This document shows positions 15,395 through 29,070 of a DNA stretch of 64,000 bases, one piece after another. A model generated the notes under the pieces. That model did no database searches, was not told the DNA's origin, and saw nothing but the letters and a program-made list of their open reading frames with translations. The DNA lies in NCBI RefSeq assembly GCF_006345805.1, contig NC_042998.1:10850001-10914000 (forward strand). The letters run 5' to 3'. How positions within the stretch are numbered: position 1 is the first letter of the stretch; every line of letters starts with the position of its first letter. The translations under genes were made by a program, and so were the position numbers. Source of the stretch: Octopus sinensis. Taxonomy: Eukaryota.

Positions 15395-15650
15395 ATAAGT
15401 GTGGTGTGGGCGTAATTTACAGAAAAACAAAAGACGAAGACAGCTGCATGAACAACAAGCAGGTGTATTAGTTTGACGCTCGGGAAATGAGAAAATCTTT
15501 TATGTATCGTCGCTACGCTCTTCAGTAGAATGGAATAAGAGAAAGTAAACAGAGAGAGACAAAAAATTGTGGTTTCAGCAATCAAACATGGCGACTGGTT
15601 GCGAAAAAAGAGGATTGAGAGGAGAGATAATAAAATACTGGTGACCCCAA
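15395..15650 (-). mobile_element. Decayed copy of the small HHR-bearing repeat seen at 29598 and 48916
   Basis: Shares GTATTAGT..GACGCTC.GGAA and TCTTTTA....CTACGCTCTTC motifs; ribozyme core degenerate. Confidence 0.55.
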
Positions 15651-16599
15651 AACGAAGGTGCGCGTGCGTATGTGTATGTGAGAATGTGTTAGCATGTGTG
15701 TAGATAGGGGCTAGTGACTTTGACGTGTGGATGTGTGTGTGTGTGTAAGTGTGTGGGTGTGTTGATGAGGATGCGTGGGTGTGCGGATGATGGTCTTTGG
15801 GTGTACAGGTGATGGTGTATGTGTGGGTCTGGGAAGTGTCAGTGCTAGTGTATGTTGAATGGTGTGGATGTGGTGTGGTGGTGTGGTGCTGTAGGTGTGC
15901 AGGTGTGTGGGGTGTGGGAGTAGGGATGTGCGTGTGGGGTGGAGGTATTGGTGGGGCATGTGGGAGTGGGGCGTTGAGGTGTGGGGTGTGGGTGGAGGGG
16001 CGTATTAATGAAGAGAGAAAGTGTGTAGGAGCGAGGAGAGGAAGTAGGTGTCAGAAGAACAGAGGAGAGGCTAGAAGGGTAGAGTGAAAAGAGGAAGTAG
16101 GTGTCAGATAAAAAGAGGAGAGGGGGAGTTGAGGCCATGTGGTGCAAAGGAGCAAAGAGAGAAGATTAATTCCTGTTCACGGCAAACGTAGGAGTCCTGA
16201 TGGCCCCCGTGGAAAGACAATCCGGCGGCCCAGGTCGGTGAAGTAGTCCTCTTCATTAAATGCATGTGGAGTGTTGTGGATTAGTGCATATAGCCTGATA
16301 CGGTGCACAAACCACGGGTCTGAAATTCGTTACTGGTTGGAGTGATGGGATGAAGCGCAGATCCTAGTGAGTTTAGAGCTCCACCTAAATTATTCATCGT
16401 CCAGTCTGCTTCCACTAAAGCAGTTTAGTTACTACTGTACCTGTTTTTATTCCTTAGGATAAACACAATTTTATATTATTGTTTCCCTCCGTACGATTCT
16501 ACGTTGTTGTATTTTGGAATCTCTGCAGTAATATTCCAAGTGCAATTACATGGTAAATCACAACTAATCCTCAGGGGAGCAATTTGAAGTGTTCACTAC

Positions 16600-17290
16600 A
16601 TACACACAATATTTTGATGTCCCAAGGTCCCCGAATGGCCGCATACCCATTTCAAGCAATCCCTACCGCACCAAATCCCAGCTAATCACCAGCAGTACTC
16701 TATTTAAGCCTTCACCGTCTCTCCAAATGCTAAGCTTCACAATCACCAAGAATATCGACAGGTGAAAGCACATCCTTGGCAGAGTTAAGACCACATATTA
16801 AAAAAAACTGGACTTTCTCTTTAGATCTAGAAATTACTTCAGCTTCCGACAACTGTTGACATTATGCAAAGCTCAAGTGAGTACTAAGATGGTGTTTTGC
16901 TTCCACATCTGGAGCAGTGTTGCTGATGCTATATACTCATGTATCCTTAACCTTGCAGAGAAAGGCCCCTAGAGTAATTGGAATTAAATCACAAATGGAC
17001 ATGCTTCAGTATGAGGTCCAAGGTCAAGATTCTCTTCGTCTTTTCCCTCGCACCAATAATATTCTTCGAATTTGCTGGTCTCATATCTTCACTCCTCAGG
17101 CAACCGGTACTGCTCATTGCTTCACCTCTCGTCACTCTCAGTGTTTCCAACTCCTGCCGCTCTTCACTAACCATTATACCCACTCCTTTCTCTCCAGAAC
17201 ACTTGCCCGCTCTAGGAAGAAAGAACTGCTCTTGCCTTTGATGCTGTTGAGCTGTAACACTTTAAACGGATCATGAATAGAGTGAAATAG
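16600..17290 (+). mobile_element. Degraded CR1/Jockey-group LINE 3' portion
   Basis: Broken frames RSRNYFSFRQLLTLCKAQV...FHIWSS and HYTHSFLSRT resemble the post-RT region of CR1/Jockey-group LINEs. Confidence 0.6.
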
Positions 17291-17619
17291 ACCGGAGAGG
17301 AGAGCCCAGAAGATCACGGGCAATGATCTTTCTTCCTGACTCAGTAAATAAAGAATAGTGTCAAAGATTTTATTGTACTTACCAGGGGGTGATTTAATTG
17401 AAGATAAACCCAGATATTCGAAATAGTCTTGTTGGTAGTTGCTCACAAAATTCATTTATTTTTGTTGATTACAACATCCTTTTATTTTGCCTTTTACATC
17501 ATTTAAAAATTTTTTTCCATTTTATTGATATGTAGTTATTGTAGATACACTTCTGTTGTTATGTTGCAATGTTCAGAAAAGATTTTTAAAGAGAATATTG
17601 TTTAGCTTTATGCATGAAC

Positions 17620-17620
17620 A

Positions 17621-17651
<31 letters not shown>

Positions 17652-17730
17652 TGTATGTATGTATGTATGTATGTATGTATGTATGTATGTATTTATGTAT
17701 TTATGTATGTATGTATTGTATGTATGTATG

Positions 17731-17762
<32 letters not shown>

Positions 17763-18022
17763 AATGTATGTATGTATGTATGTTTATATGTATGTATATA
17801 TGAATGTATGTATGTTTGCATGTATGTATGTATGTATGTATGCATGTATGTATGTATGTTTGTATGTATGTATATATGTACGTATGTATGTTTGTATGTA
17901 TGTATGTTTGTATGTATTTATGCATGTATGTATGTATGTTTGTATGTATGTTTGTAAGTATGTATGTATGTTTGTATGTATGTATGTATATATGTATGTA
18001 TTTATGATTGTATGTATGTATG

Positions 18023-18053
<31 letters not shown>

Positions 18054-18110
18054 TTGTACGTATGTGTGTATGTATGCATGTGCGTGTGTGTGTGTGTGTA
18101 CGTGTGTGTG
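17620..18110. repeat. ~490-bp (TATG)n microsatellite
   Basis: Direct read. Confidence 0.95.
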
Positions 18111-18668
18111 TTTCATCGTTTTGTTATGAGGCAAATATCATATAAGGATCTAATATTCTGGTAATGTCTTTATAATCTTAAAGAATAATTGAATATCAAC
18201 ATAATTGTAGCTCAAAGCCATAAACACTACACAACAGACTACAAAGAATACCGTGTATAATGTATGGATACTGACATAATGGGTCCTGCGAGCGCCAGAC
18301 AAAATTCTTTGCAAGTATATACTGTCAAGTCCTTTTCAGTTAAGCTGAAATCTTATGGCGGTTGAGTTTATCTTTCATTCATTTCAGAATCAATAAATTG
18401 CATACCGATCATCTTCTGGAGTCAATAAAATCGATTACGCACCACATGCTGTGTTGTTTCAGCGTAGAAAATGGTAATAATACAATACTAATGTAGAGTA
18501 AGAGGTAAGGTTCCAACTTGATCTCAGTCCTCTAACACTTTGGTAATATTAACAAAGCAATGAGTATTCGCACTCTTCATTTCCTATTTAATTCAGCAAT
18601 TAAAATGAATGATCCTAATGAAAATTATATACATCCATACCTACATATATATATATATATATATATGT

Positions 18669-18718
18669 AAAATATTACGTTATATAATTAGGGCCCTAAT
18701 TATATAACGTAATATTTT
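18669..18718. repeat. Perfect 50-bp spacerless palindrome
   Basis: AAAATATTACGTTATATAATTAGGG|CCCTAATTATATAACGTAATATTTT. Confidence 0.95.
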
Positions 18719-18804
18719 GAATACGCCTTGAATGGTCCTTTTACATACTGAACACTACTTGGTGAAATTAATTAATAACTAATTGATTTTACCCTTAATT
18801 ATTT

Positions 18805-18805
18805 A

Positions 18806-18877
<72 letters not shown>

Positions 18878-18928
18878 TTGTGTATATATATGTATATATA
18901 TATGCGTGTGTATATATATATATATGTG

Positions 18929-18962
<34 letters not shown>

Positions 18963-19094
18963 TGTATGTATATATATGTATATATATATGTATATATATA
19001 TGTGTGTGTATATATATATATATGTATACACACATATGTATATATATACATATGTATATATGTATATATGCATATATATATGTATATATATATA
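18805..19094. repeat. (TA)n compound microsatellite
   Basis: Direct read. Confidence 0.95.
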
Positions 19095-20514
<1,420 letters not shown>

Positions 20515-21663
20515 ATATATGTACGTATGTATATGTGTGTGTGTTTATTTCATGTTTTTGCGATTTATGATAACGAATCGGTAGAAAGCTTGTTTATATT
20601 CAGAGTTCAAATCTGAATAAGACCGACTTGTTTTTTTTAAATATTATTTCGAGAACGACAGAATAATTATAGTTCCATTATAACGACTGGTTGTCTCGCA
20701 GGTAATACTTTACCTTTGTCACAGGCTGAACGACTGAACACTGTAAGACATGAAGATAATTTGAAACTATTTATATTTTATTTTTACTGTCAGTCCCTCG
20801 TCCAGATTTTGAACAGCAGTAGTCATGCACTATTTTCTTTTGATGCTATTGGCAGGGCTCTGTTTGGGAAGGAATATATTTAGAGAGGTTGCATCATTTA
20901 ATATTCTGATACATTGTGTCTACGGGCAAAATTATAACTTCATGTTCTTTGCTTGCATGCTTAATGTCTAGATAAGAAGCCATTATCCAATACTCTGCAA
21001 AATGGCTGTGGGGTTTCTATATATCAAGTACTGGACATTTATTTAAAATCAAAGGCTACAAACTTTGATATTATTTGGAATTCAATGCGTTTCTCCGTGT
21101 TCAAATGAGACTGATAAATTGTCAAAAGCTATCTTTCCATAATATCTTTTATTTCAATATTGCATTGGTAATTTCCCTGGAATGTTTTCTCACGCGGTTT
21201 TATGGAAATTGAATTAAACGGAAGCTTGACTTGATATATTTAACCGAAAGTCGGATAATTTGTTTTTATACAGTTTAGATACAACACGTTACACATCGGA
21301 TGAATGTTTATTGATTATTAAACGGTTCAACGGTCTGTCGAAGAACATTAGCTAACTCATCTTATCATGAGATTAAGTCTACCTAGCGGTATCTTATAAT
21401 ATCTCTGCTTGTCATTACGTTACTTAGCTCGTCGGTAACACTTTTACGTGATTAGATTAAAAGAGGGAGAAAGAAAAGAGAGAGAAAGAGAGAGAGAGAG
21501 AGAGGGAGAGAGAGAGAGAGAGGGAGAGAGAGAAGAGAGAGAGAGAAGGATAAAGCCAAGAGTCAGGCAGAAAGAGAGAGAAAGAAAAAGCGGGTGAGAA
21601 AAAAGACGGAGAGAGAAACGTCCACGACGTTTGGTAGAGGGAACGTAATATTTATTACAAAAG

Positions 21664-21881
21664 GGCGGCGAGGAGCTGGCAGAATCGTTAGCACGCCAGG
21701 CAAAATGGTTGCCGGTATTTCGTCTGCCGTTACGTTCTGAGTTCACATTGTCTTTCATCCTTTCGGGATCAATTAAATAAGTACCAGTTACGCACTGGGG
21801 TCGATGTAATCGACTTAATCACTTTATCTGTCCTTGTTTTTTCCCCTCTATATTTAGCCTCCTGTGGAAAATAAAGAAATA
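21664..21881 (+). mobile_element. SINE family A copy with internal deletion
   Basis: Same head, core and tail; flanking AATATTTATT repeat is a probable TSD. Confidence 0.85.
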
Positions 21882-22189
21882 AATATTTATTGCATAGTTA
21901 AAATAGTTAGTTGAAGATAGTGATATAGAGCAGAGTAAAGAATATAATTTTAGCAGAGGGGTGATGTTCTGATGGTGAGAGAGAGGAGGAGAGAGGGGGA
22001 CAGAGAGGATAGAGAGGGGGAGAAAGGGAGAGAGGGGGAGAGAGAGAAATAGAGAGAGGGGGAGAGAGAGAAATAGCGAGAGAGAGATGATGGTGGTGGA
22101 GGTGCGACGGTGAGTGCATAGTGAAAACTAATTTTTAAAAAAGTTGAACTAAGTTTTTTATAACACCTATTACTAAACGCATGCGCATC

Positions 22190-22987
22190 CCAAACTTGCC
22201 ACTCACCTTAGAAAGAAACCAGTTTCCCGTTCGTCTGTCACATGCAATGACTATCAATAAATCACAAGGGCAGACATTTGATAAAATTGTGTTGTTCTTG
22301 CCTGAATCTGAATTCGACCGTGTTTAATTATATGTTGCATTGTCAAGGGCTCGCAAATTTTTTCATGTGAGAGTTAAAGCTATCAGCACAGGGGGAACGA
22401 AGAATAACTTACACGAAGAACATAGTCAGCAAGGAAGTATTCGATTGAAAGGTGTACCCAAATTGAAATGTGTATTGTCTCTGACCAATCGCATTCGATT
22501 ATAAGTTACCAACAAAGTGGTTTTCAGAGTATGCTTTGTTGCATTAAATTTTCCCACCGTGAAATTGTGACCCCTATATTTTACATATAAATTTTTTTTT
22601 GACATATAGAATAATTTTTTTACTATAAATTTTTTGTTTTCTAGATATGAAATTGTGACTATGCAAATTTTGAAATGTGATTTTTTTCTATTTATGTGAA
22701 AAATGGCAAAATAAAATAAATATTTATTTTATGACTGCCGTGCATTAAGTCAATAAAATTGTGCTTAAAGTTTATAAAGTGTGCTAAAAGTGTGCATGAA
22801 ATATGTATGAAGTTTAAGTAATCACCGTATTCCAATGTCCTTCCTTTTTCAATGAATAGCTGATGAGCGACTATCTTTCCATATAGACTCAACACAGGCT
22901 ATTTTTCCAGGTTTTTTGGATAAAGTTTTCAGGAATAACCTAAAAGGTTTATTACTAAATCCGTGATATATTCACGAGTCCCGCTAG
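22190..22987 (+). mobile_element. Helitron 3' fragment (PIF1-type helicase C-terminus and terminus)
   Basis: QFPVRLSHAMTINKSQGQTF...LYVALSR; terminal hairpin CGTGA-TATAT-TCACG then CTAG (22984-22987) followed by T. Confidence 0.85.
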
Positions 22988-23678
22988 TACATATAACAAT
23001 AGAAACTGTGTCACGCAACGCTGCAAACAAGGAAATAATTCATTATGTGTGTAACGATCATTTCGTTTGCTTTCATTGAAGAATTTAAATATTCCAGTGA
23101 GAAAAACCTGATATAAAAATATACGCTGTAGTTTGTTAATACATTGCGAACAATACATATTAAATAAGTAATTTTTTCTTCAAAACAAAAGTTTCGAGGC
23201 AAAGATCCGAAACGCTCTATTGTATGGGAGCCTAGTAAATATAATTTTTCATGTCATTATTTTGATCACCGTGCCTCACGTACTTATAAATTGATTGCAG
23301 CTTGACAACACCTCACCAAATAGCACTAAATATGTATTTTACAGTTTATATACAGGAATAGTTGTTCTGATCGAGATATGAGACTGAAACGGTGTCTATT
23401 ATTAAAAAGGTTTCTTCACACGGAAACAACGTCTGGTGGTCCACTGACGTCGTTAAATACTCGGCTCGATGTATTTTTGTATAATACTAACTAGGGAACG
23501 ACTACATTTTCACTCAACTAGCAAAATTTATCAGATAAACCCTACCATTTTACAGAAGATGTCTCTACGAGAGATTTAGAAATCTAGCATTTCTATATTT
23601 GATAATATTCCAGAAAATTATCATGACTTGAAAGTTTTTGATCACAGAACTAGTCGGTCTGGGCCTACTTGGGTTAAA

Positions 23679-24064
23679 GTGGAGGCGCAATGGCCCAGTG
23701 GTTAGGGCAGCGGACTGGCGGTCATAGGATCGCGGTTTCGATTCCCAGACCGGGCGTTGTGAGTGTTTATTGAGCGAAAACACCTAAAAGCTCCACAAGG
23801 CTCCGGCAGAGGATGGTGGTGATCCCTGCTGTACTCTTTCACCACAACTTTCTCTCACTCTTTCTTCCTGTTTCTGTTGTACCTGTATTTCAAGGGGCCG
23901 GCCTTGTCACTCTCTGTGTCACGCTGAATATCCCCGGGAACTACGTTAAGGGTACACGTGTCTGTGGAGTGCTCAGCCACTTACACGTTAATTTCACGAG
24001 CAGGCTGTTCCGTTGATTCGGATCAACCGGAACCCTCGTCGTCGTAACCGACGGAGTGCTTCCG
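23679..24064 (+). mobile_element. SINE family C
   Basis: Copy of 10364-10746; 11-bp TSD CTTGGGTTAAA at 23668-23678 and 24065-24075. Confidence 0.92.
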
Positions 24065-24409
24065 CTTGGGTTAAAACAATAAAAAACCAGCGACAACGAC
24101 GACGAGACCAACTAACCTCAAAAGGAAGTAGGAAATTGATTATTTTGAAAATTTGACATAAAATTGATTGGTATGGAAGTAAGTGACGATAACAATTAAA
24201 AAAATGCCATGTACCACTCGAACCCGGTAATTTTTTATTCATTTCTGATATGGTAAAAGGCGTTCCGATTGTGACGGCTCCGTCTTTTTGTATGTCAAGT
24301 GAAAAATTGTTCATTTCGTATCTTGGCTATTTTTTTTTTAAGTTGGTAGGGTGTGATTGAAGAAGATTAAACTGGTATTTTATGGTACCGTAACTATTTT
24401 CCCCTCGAA

Positions 24410-24412
<3 letters not shown>

Positions 24413-24483
<71 letters not shown>

Positions 24484-24512
24484 CATCCATCCATCCATCC
24501 ATCCATCCATCC

Positions 24513-24561
<49 letters not shown>

Positions 24562-24574
24562 CCTACCTACCTAC

Positions 24575-24627
<53 letters not shown>

Positions 24628-24628
24628 C

Positions 24629-24668
<40 letters not shown>

Positions 24669-24735
24669 GTCTGTCTATATTTATACACATACATATACAT
24701 ATACACATACATATTCATACATACACACACACAAG
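24413..24735. repeat. (TCTA)n/(TCCA)n microsatellite
   Basis: Direct read. Confidence 0.95.
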
Positions 24736-24878
24736 TATATGCTAATAATTATATAAATATGTTTTATAAAACAAGAGAAGAAAGAATCTCTAGGAAAAGC
24801 TGAGAAAGAACTCGCCAGAGAAAAAGCTAATTAGAATGATATATATTATATATTACAATATAATATAATATAATGTAA

Positions 24879-25272
24879 TCTTTATATATAAAAGTATGGT
24901 TGTGTGCTGTCTGTCTCCTACGATTTAGATTCTTAACTACTCCCACATTTTGCGGTGCAGTTTAACCAAAACCGGGTATCTTATAGTGGTGATTCATATC
25001 GAGCCCTTCTGGGTATTAGCGCGCGTCTACGATGAGTCTACGATTTAAAAAAAATTTACCATCAATTTTTCCCATTTTTAATGCATTTTTGGCATATATA
25101 AGGGAAGTAACTCTCTAAAAATTTATTATTAAATCTCAGAACGTAAAAAGCTACAGTAACATCCCCCTTTGTGGTTAGCCATATTGAGATGGCTATTATA
25201 CTTTACATCTCTAAAAATGCTTATATAGTTATTTCCCTTACAAACCCGAGCAACGCCGGGCGATACTGCTAG
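24879..25272 (+). mobile_element. Non-autonomous Helitron (394 bp)
   Basis: A|TC start, hairpin CCCG-AGCAACGC-CGGG then CTAG|T end; 3' part shared with 38800-39177. Confidence 0.85.
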
Positions 25273-25751
25273 TTTAATATAAAGTAATGTAACATAATAT
25301 AATATAATATATGAAATAATATATAGATACACGTGTGTGCATACCTTAGTGGTAATAATTGAAAGGGTTTCAATACATCCTTATTTTTGAAAGGCACTTA
25401 TACAAGCACAAGGCATTCAAGTATTCACAAATAATAGCTCTATCCAATTATCTATTGAGTCCTTATCTGAAGTTGTAGTTTTCTTGATTTTCCTTTTGAG
25501 GAATCGTGTGAGTATCCGTATGTTAAAATATGTTTGTATATGTGGGTATGCAATGACATACCCGTTTCAGTAACTGCTCTTGATTATATAATGCAACTCG
25601 AATATACATTTTCGAATTTTCTGAAACGATTGTTCCATACTAATACATGTACACTCAAACATGCTCTGTATATACATATATGTGTGTATATGCGTGCTGT
25701 ATGTATGTACGTATGTATGTATGTATGTATGTATGTATGTATGTATGTATG

Positions 25752-25780
<29 letters not shown>

Positions 25781-25782
<2 letters not shown>

Positions 25783-26280
25783 CCCAGTACAACCTGTTGC
25801 ATGGTCGGGTCGTCGGCAACTAAACCGGCAACCCCACCAAGCGTGCTTGGTGAGGAGGGTGTTTATTGGACACCCTGCGGGATGAAAAACAAAACCCGTC
25901 AAAGGGCGGAGGAACTCTTGAGAGTCAACGGCCATCCAATAAATGTCTTAAAGCTGTATCATGCGCGGGGACATAGAAATAATCGGACTGAACACCCGAT
26001 CGCGCGGTTAAACCATTGGGAGTGAAGGACTCCTAGCCTTTGTTAGGGCATCCTTCTAGGAGAAGGTAATTCCGGTAATTGGGATAACTCCGATATAAAA
26101 CCTGCGGCTCAGTGGTTACCGATGATGTTGCCTTGTTTTTCTTTTCGGATTATGGCTGCTGTTGCTTAGTGAGTGGAATTGACTCAGTGCACAGCCTTTA
26201 AAAAAATCTTCTTGCACAGGCATTGCATGATAACAACTTCATGCAATGGTCATACTCGATAATGAGGGGGCAGCTACCAT
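25781..26280 (+). mobile_element. GC-richer non-coding insert, possibly RTE-type LINE 5' UTR derivative
   Basis: Sits between (TATG)n tracts; GGCATCCTTCTAGGAGAAGGTAA resembles RTE 5' UTR motifs from memory (unverified). Confidence 0.3.
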
Positions 26281-26494
26281 GTATGTATATATGTACACAC
26301 ATGCATATATACATATAAATTTATAACTATATATATACATATATATATATATGTATATATATATATAAATATATACACATATTGTATTTTAGGATGGTCA
26401 TTTTATTTTATTCATTTATTCATTGCCAAATTTTATTTATTTTATTTATTTATTTATTGCTAAATAAACACGCGTACTATATATGTATTTTTCT

Positions 26495-26788
26495 TTTTCT
26501 TCACTCGTTTATTACTGTTTATATTTTATCATTTTAACTTATGTCCATTGTCCGGAAATCTTTCGTCACGCATCTGTGACCTCTTCAGTGACACTTTTCG
26601 TTTCCTTGTCTGTTTTTGCTCCACTTACTCCATTCTGATCCATTAGCGAAGAACTGAATGGGATACGTGGCGTAAGAACGCACGAGGAAACGAAAAATGT
26701 CACTGAAGAGGTCAGAGATGCGTGACGAAATATTTCCGGACAATGAACATAAGTTAAAATGATAAAATATAAATAATAAACGAATGAA

Positions 26789-26792
<4 letters not shown>
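26495..26792. repeat. Inverted repeat (core arms 26519-26609 / 26682-26772) with an HHR-like motif in each arm
   Basis: Arms read as reverse complements; CTGAAGA-G-GTCA(loop)TGAC-GAAA at 26703-26730 (+) and its mirror at 26549-26593 (-). Confidence 0.85.
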
Positions 26793-26843
<51 letters not shown>

Positions 26844-27016
26844 TGTGTTTATTTGACAAAATAAATGACCATCCCGAAATACAACGATATCTATTTCAAC
26901 ACACGATTTCTCACCAGGAATCTTGCTCAAAACGAATTGATAAACGAACGTATACATACATACATCATACATACATACATACATCCACATACATACATAC
27001 ATACATATATACATAC

Positions 27017-27065
<49 letters not shown>

Positions 27066-27079
27066 TATATATAATATAA

Positions 27080-27290
27080 TAAAGTAATCCAAACAAGAAA
27101 ACAAAACAAAAAATCAACAACGCAAGGACGTGGACAAATAAAGTATTATTGGACGCTCAGGAAAGAAGGGAAGAAGAATAATTTGACGTTTCGAGCGGAG
27201 CTCTTCGTCGGAAACATAGGAGATGGAAAGATCCCGAGAAGGGAAGACAGGGGGTAAAAAATCACTAGTGATACAGACGAGGTCACATAC
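27080..27290 (-). mobile_element. Short (TA)n-embedded repeat with minimal HHR; second copy at 49590-49783
   Basis: Two dispersed copies, both flanked by (TA)n. Confidence 0.75.
27181..27215 (-). ncRNA. Minimal type I hammerhead motif, U4C core variant
   Basis: GTTT-CCGACGA-A-GAGC-TCC-GCTC-GAAAC-GTC-AAAT: stem I 4 bp, stem II 4 bp, ACGT palindromic stem III, GUC triplet. Confidence 0.65.
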
Positions 27291-27865
27291 TATATATATA
27301 TATATATATAATCATATATATATATATGTATATAATCCTATATATATATATATATATAAATATTATTATATATAGTTATATATATATATATACGTATATA
27401 TGTGTGTATATTTATATATATGCACACACAAAAATAGAGAGGGGGAAGAGGGGAGAGAAAGAGACTGAAGAATAACAACGATGCGATATATACGACGATT
27501 AGTCATTATTCACATATGAAGAGGTACATATATATATAATATATGTATGTGTATATATATTATATCTATATATATATATAAATATATTATATATATATAA
27601 TATTATATATATAATATACATATATATGTATATGAATATTATCAATTAGTCGATTTAGGGTAGCAAAAAATTCAATAGAAATTTATCGCTACCAGCGGCC
27701 TAGTGGAAAAGAGAAAATAGTCAAAGACTAAATATATAAATATAACAATTTAGGAGTGACCTTAACAGGCCATTCATCCACCAGAAAGAGCAGCCATAAC
27801 TCACACCGACCAAGTAGTAGTAATTCAGAAATTAGGTGAAAATTTAAAAACATTTACCCTAATTC

Positions 27866-27969
27866 ATCTTTTAGACGATGTATCGTTTCTGTGTCATTAA
27901 TGATTAAATTAGCTTAATTAAATTAAATTAAGCCAATCTACCATAGGTCACACTTCATCAGTAAAAAAC
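27866..27969 (-). ncRNA. Type I hammerhead ribozyme, extended stem II (unit 1)
   Basis: GTTTTTTA-CTGATGA-[65 nt]-GAA-ACGATACATCGT-C-TAAAAGAT; GUC at 27874-27876. Confidence 0.75.
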
Positions 27970-28333
27970 CTGGGAGAGACAAATATACACGAGGCGTCTG
28001 TATCGATGCCTCCGGAATATCTGTCTTAAAATTTTCAAGACCGACGTATTCGCGCCAAACTTATCAGCAGTAATATAAACTGCCGATTCATCTCACAATT
28101 ATTCAGAAAATTATCAATTAGTCGATTTAGGGTAGCAAAAAATTCAATAGAAATTTATCGACCAGCGGCCTAGTGGAAAAGAGAAAATAGTCAAAACTAG
28201 ATATATAAATATAACAATTTAGGAGTGACCTTAACAGGCCATTCGTCCACCAGAAAGAGCAGCCATAACTCACACCGCCAAGTAGTAGTAATTCAGAAAT
28301 TAGGTGAAAATTTAAAAACATTTACCCTAATTC

Positions 28334-28437
28334 ATCTTTTAGACGATGCATCGTTTCTGTGTCATTAATGATTAAATTAGCTTAATTAAATTAAATTAAG
28401 CCAATCTACCATAGGTCACACTTCATCAGTAAAAAAC
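28334..28437 (-). ncRNA. Type I hammerhead ribozyme, extended stem II (unit 2)
   Basis: Same fold with perfect palindromic stem III ACGATGCATCGT; GUC at 28342-28344. Confidence 0.8.
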
Positions 28438-28966
28438 CTGGGAGAGACAAATATACACGAGGCGTCTGTATCGATGCCTCTGGAATATCTGTCTTAAAAT
28501 TTTCAAGACCGACGTATTCGCGCCAAACTTATCAGCAGTAAATATAAGCTGCCGATTCAATCTCAGAATTATTCAGAAAATTATCAATTAGTCGATTTAG
28601 GGTAGCAAAAAATTCAATAGAAATTTATCGCTACCAGCGGCCTAGTGGAAAAGAGAAAATAGTCAAAACTAAATATATAAATATAACAATTTAGGAGTGA
28701 CCTTAACAGGCCATTCGTCCACCAGAAAGAGCAGCCATAACTCACACCGCCAAGTAGTAGTAATTCAGAAATTAGGTGAAAATTTAAAAACATTTACCCT
28801 AATTCATCTTTTAGACGATGCATCGTTTCTGTGTCATTAATGATTAAATTAGCAGTTTATATTTACTGCTGATAAGTTTGGCGCGAATACGTCGGTCTTG
28901 AAAATTTTAAGACAGATATTCCGGAGGCATCGATACAGACGCCTCGTGTATATTTGTCTCTCCCAG

Positions 28967-29070
28967 GTTTTTTACTGATGAAGTGTGACCTATGGTAGAT
29001 TGGCTTAATTTAATTTAATTAAGCTAATTTAATCATTAATGACACAGAAACGATGCATCGTCTAAAAGAT
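28967..29070 (+). ncRNA. Type I hammerhead ribozyme, extended stem II (inverted unit)
   Basis: Stem I 28967-28974/29063-29070, CTGATGA 28975-28981, GAAA 29047-29050, GUC 29060-29062. Confidence 0.8.

Noticed and set aside
25781-25860. HDV-like ribozyme at the start of the RTE-like insert
   Set aside because: I could not build the nested double pseudoknot by eye; it needs an Infernal or RNArobo search
28865-28896. Second HHR-like motif in each array unit (CTGATAAG...GCGAATACGTC)
   Set aside because: G8 is missing, GAAA is interrupted, and no stem I or II can be formed; at most a relic
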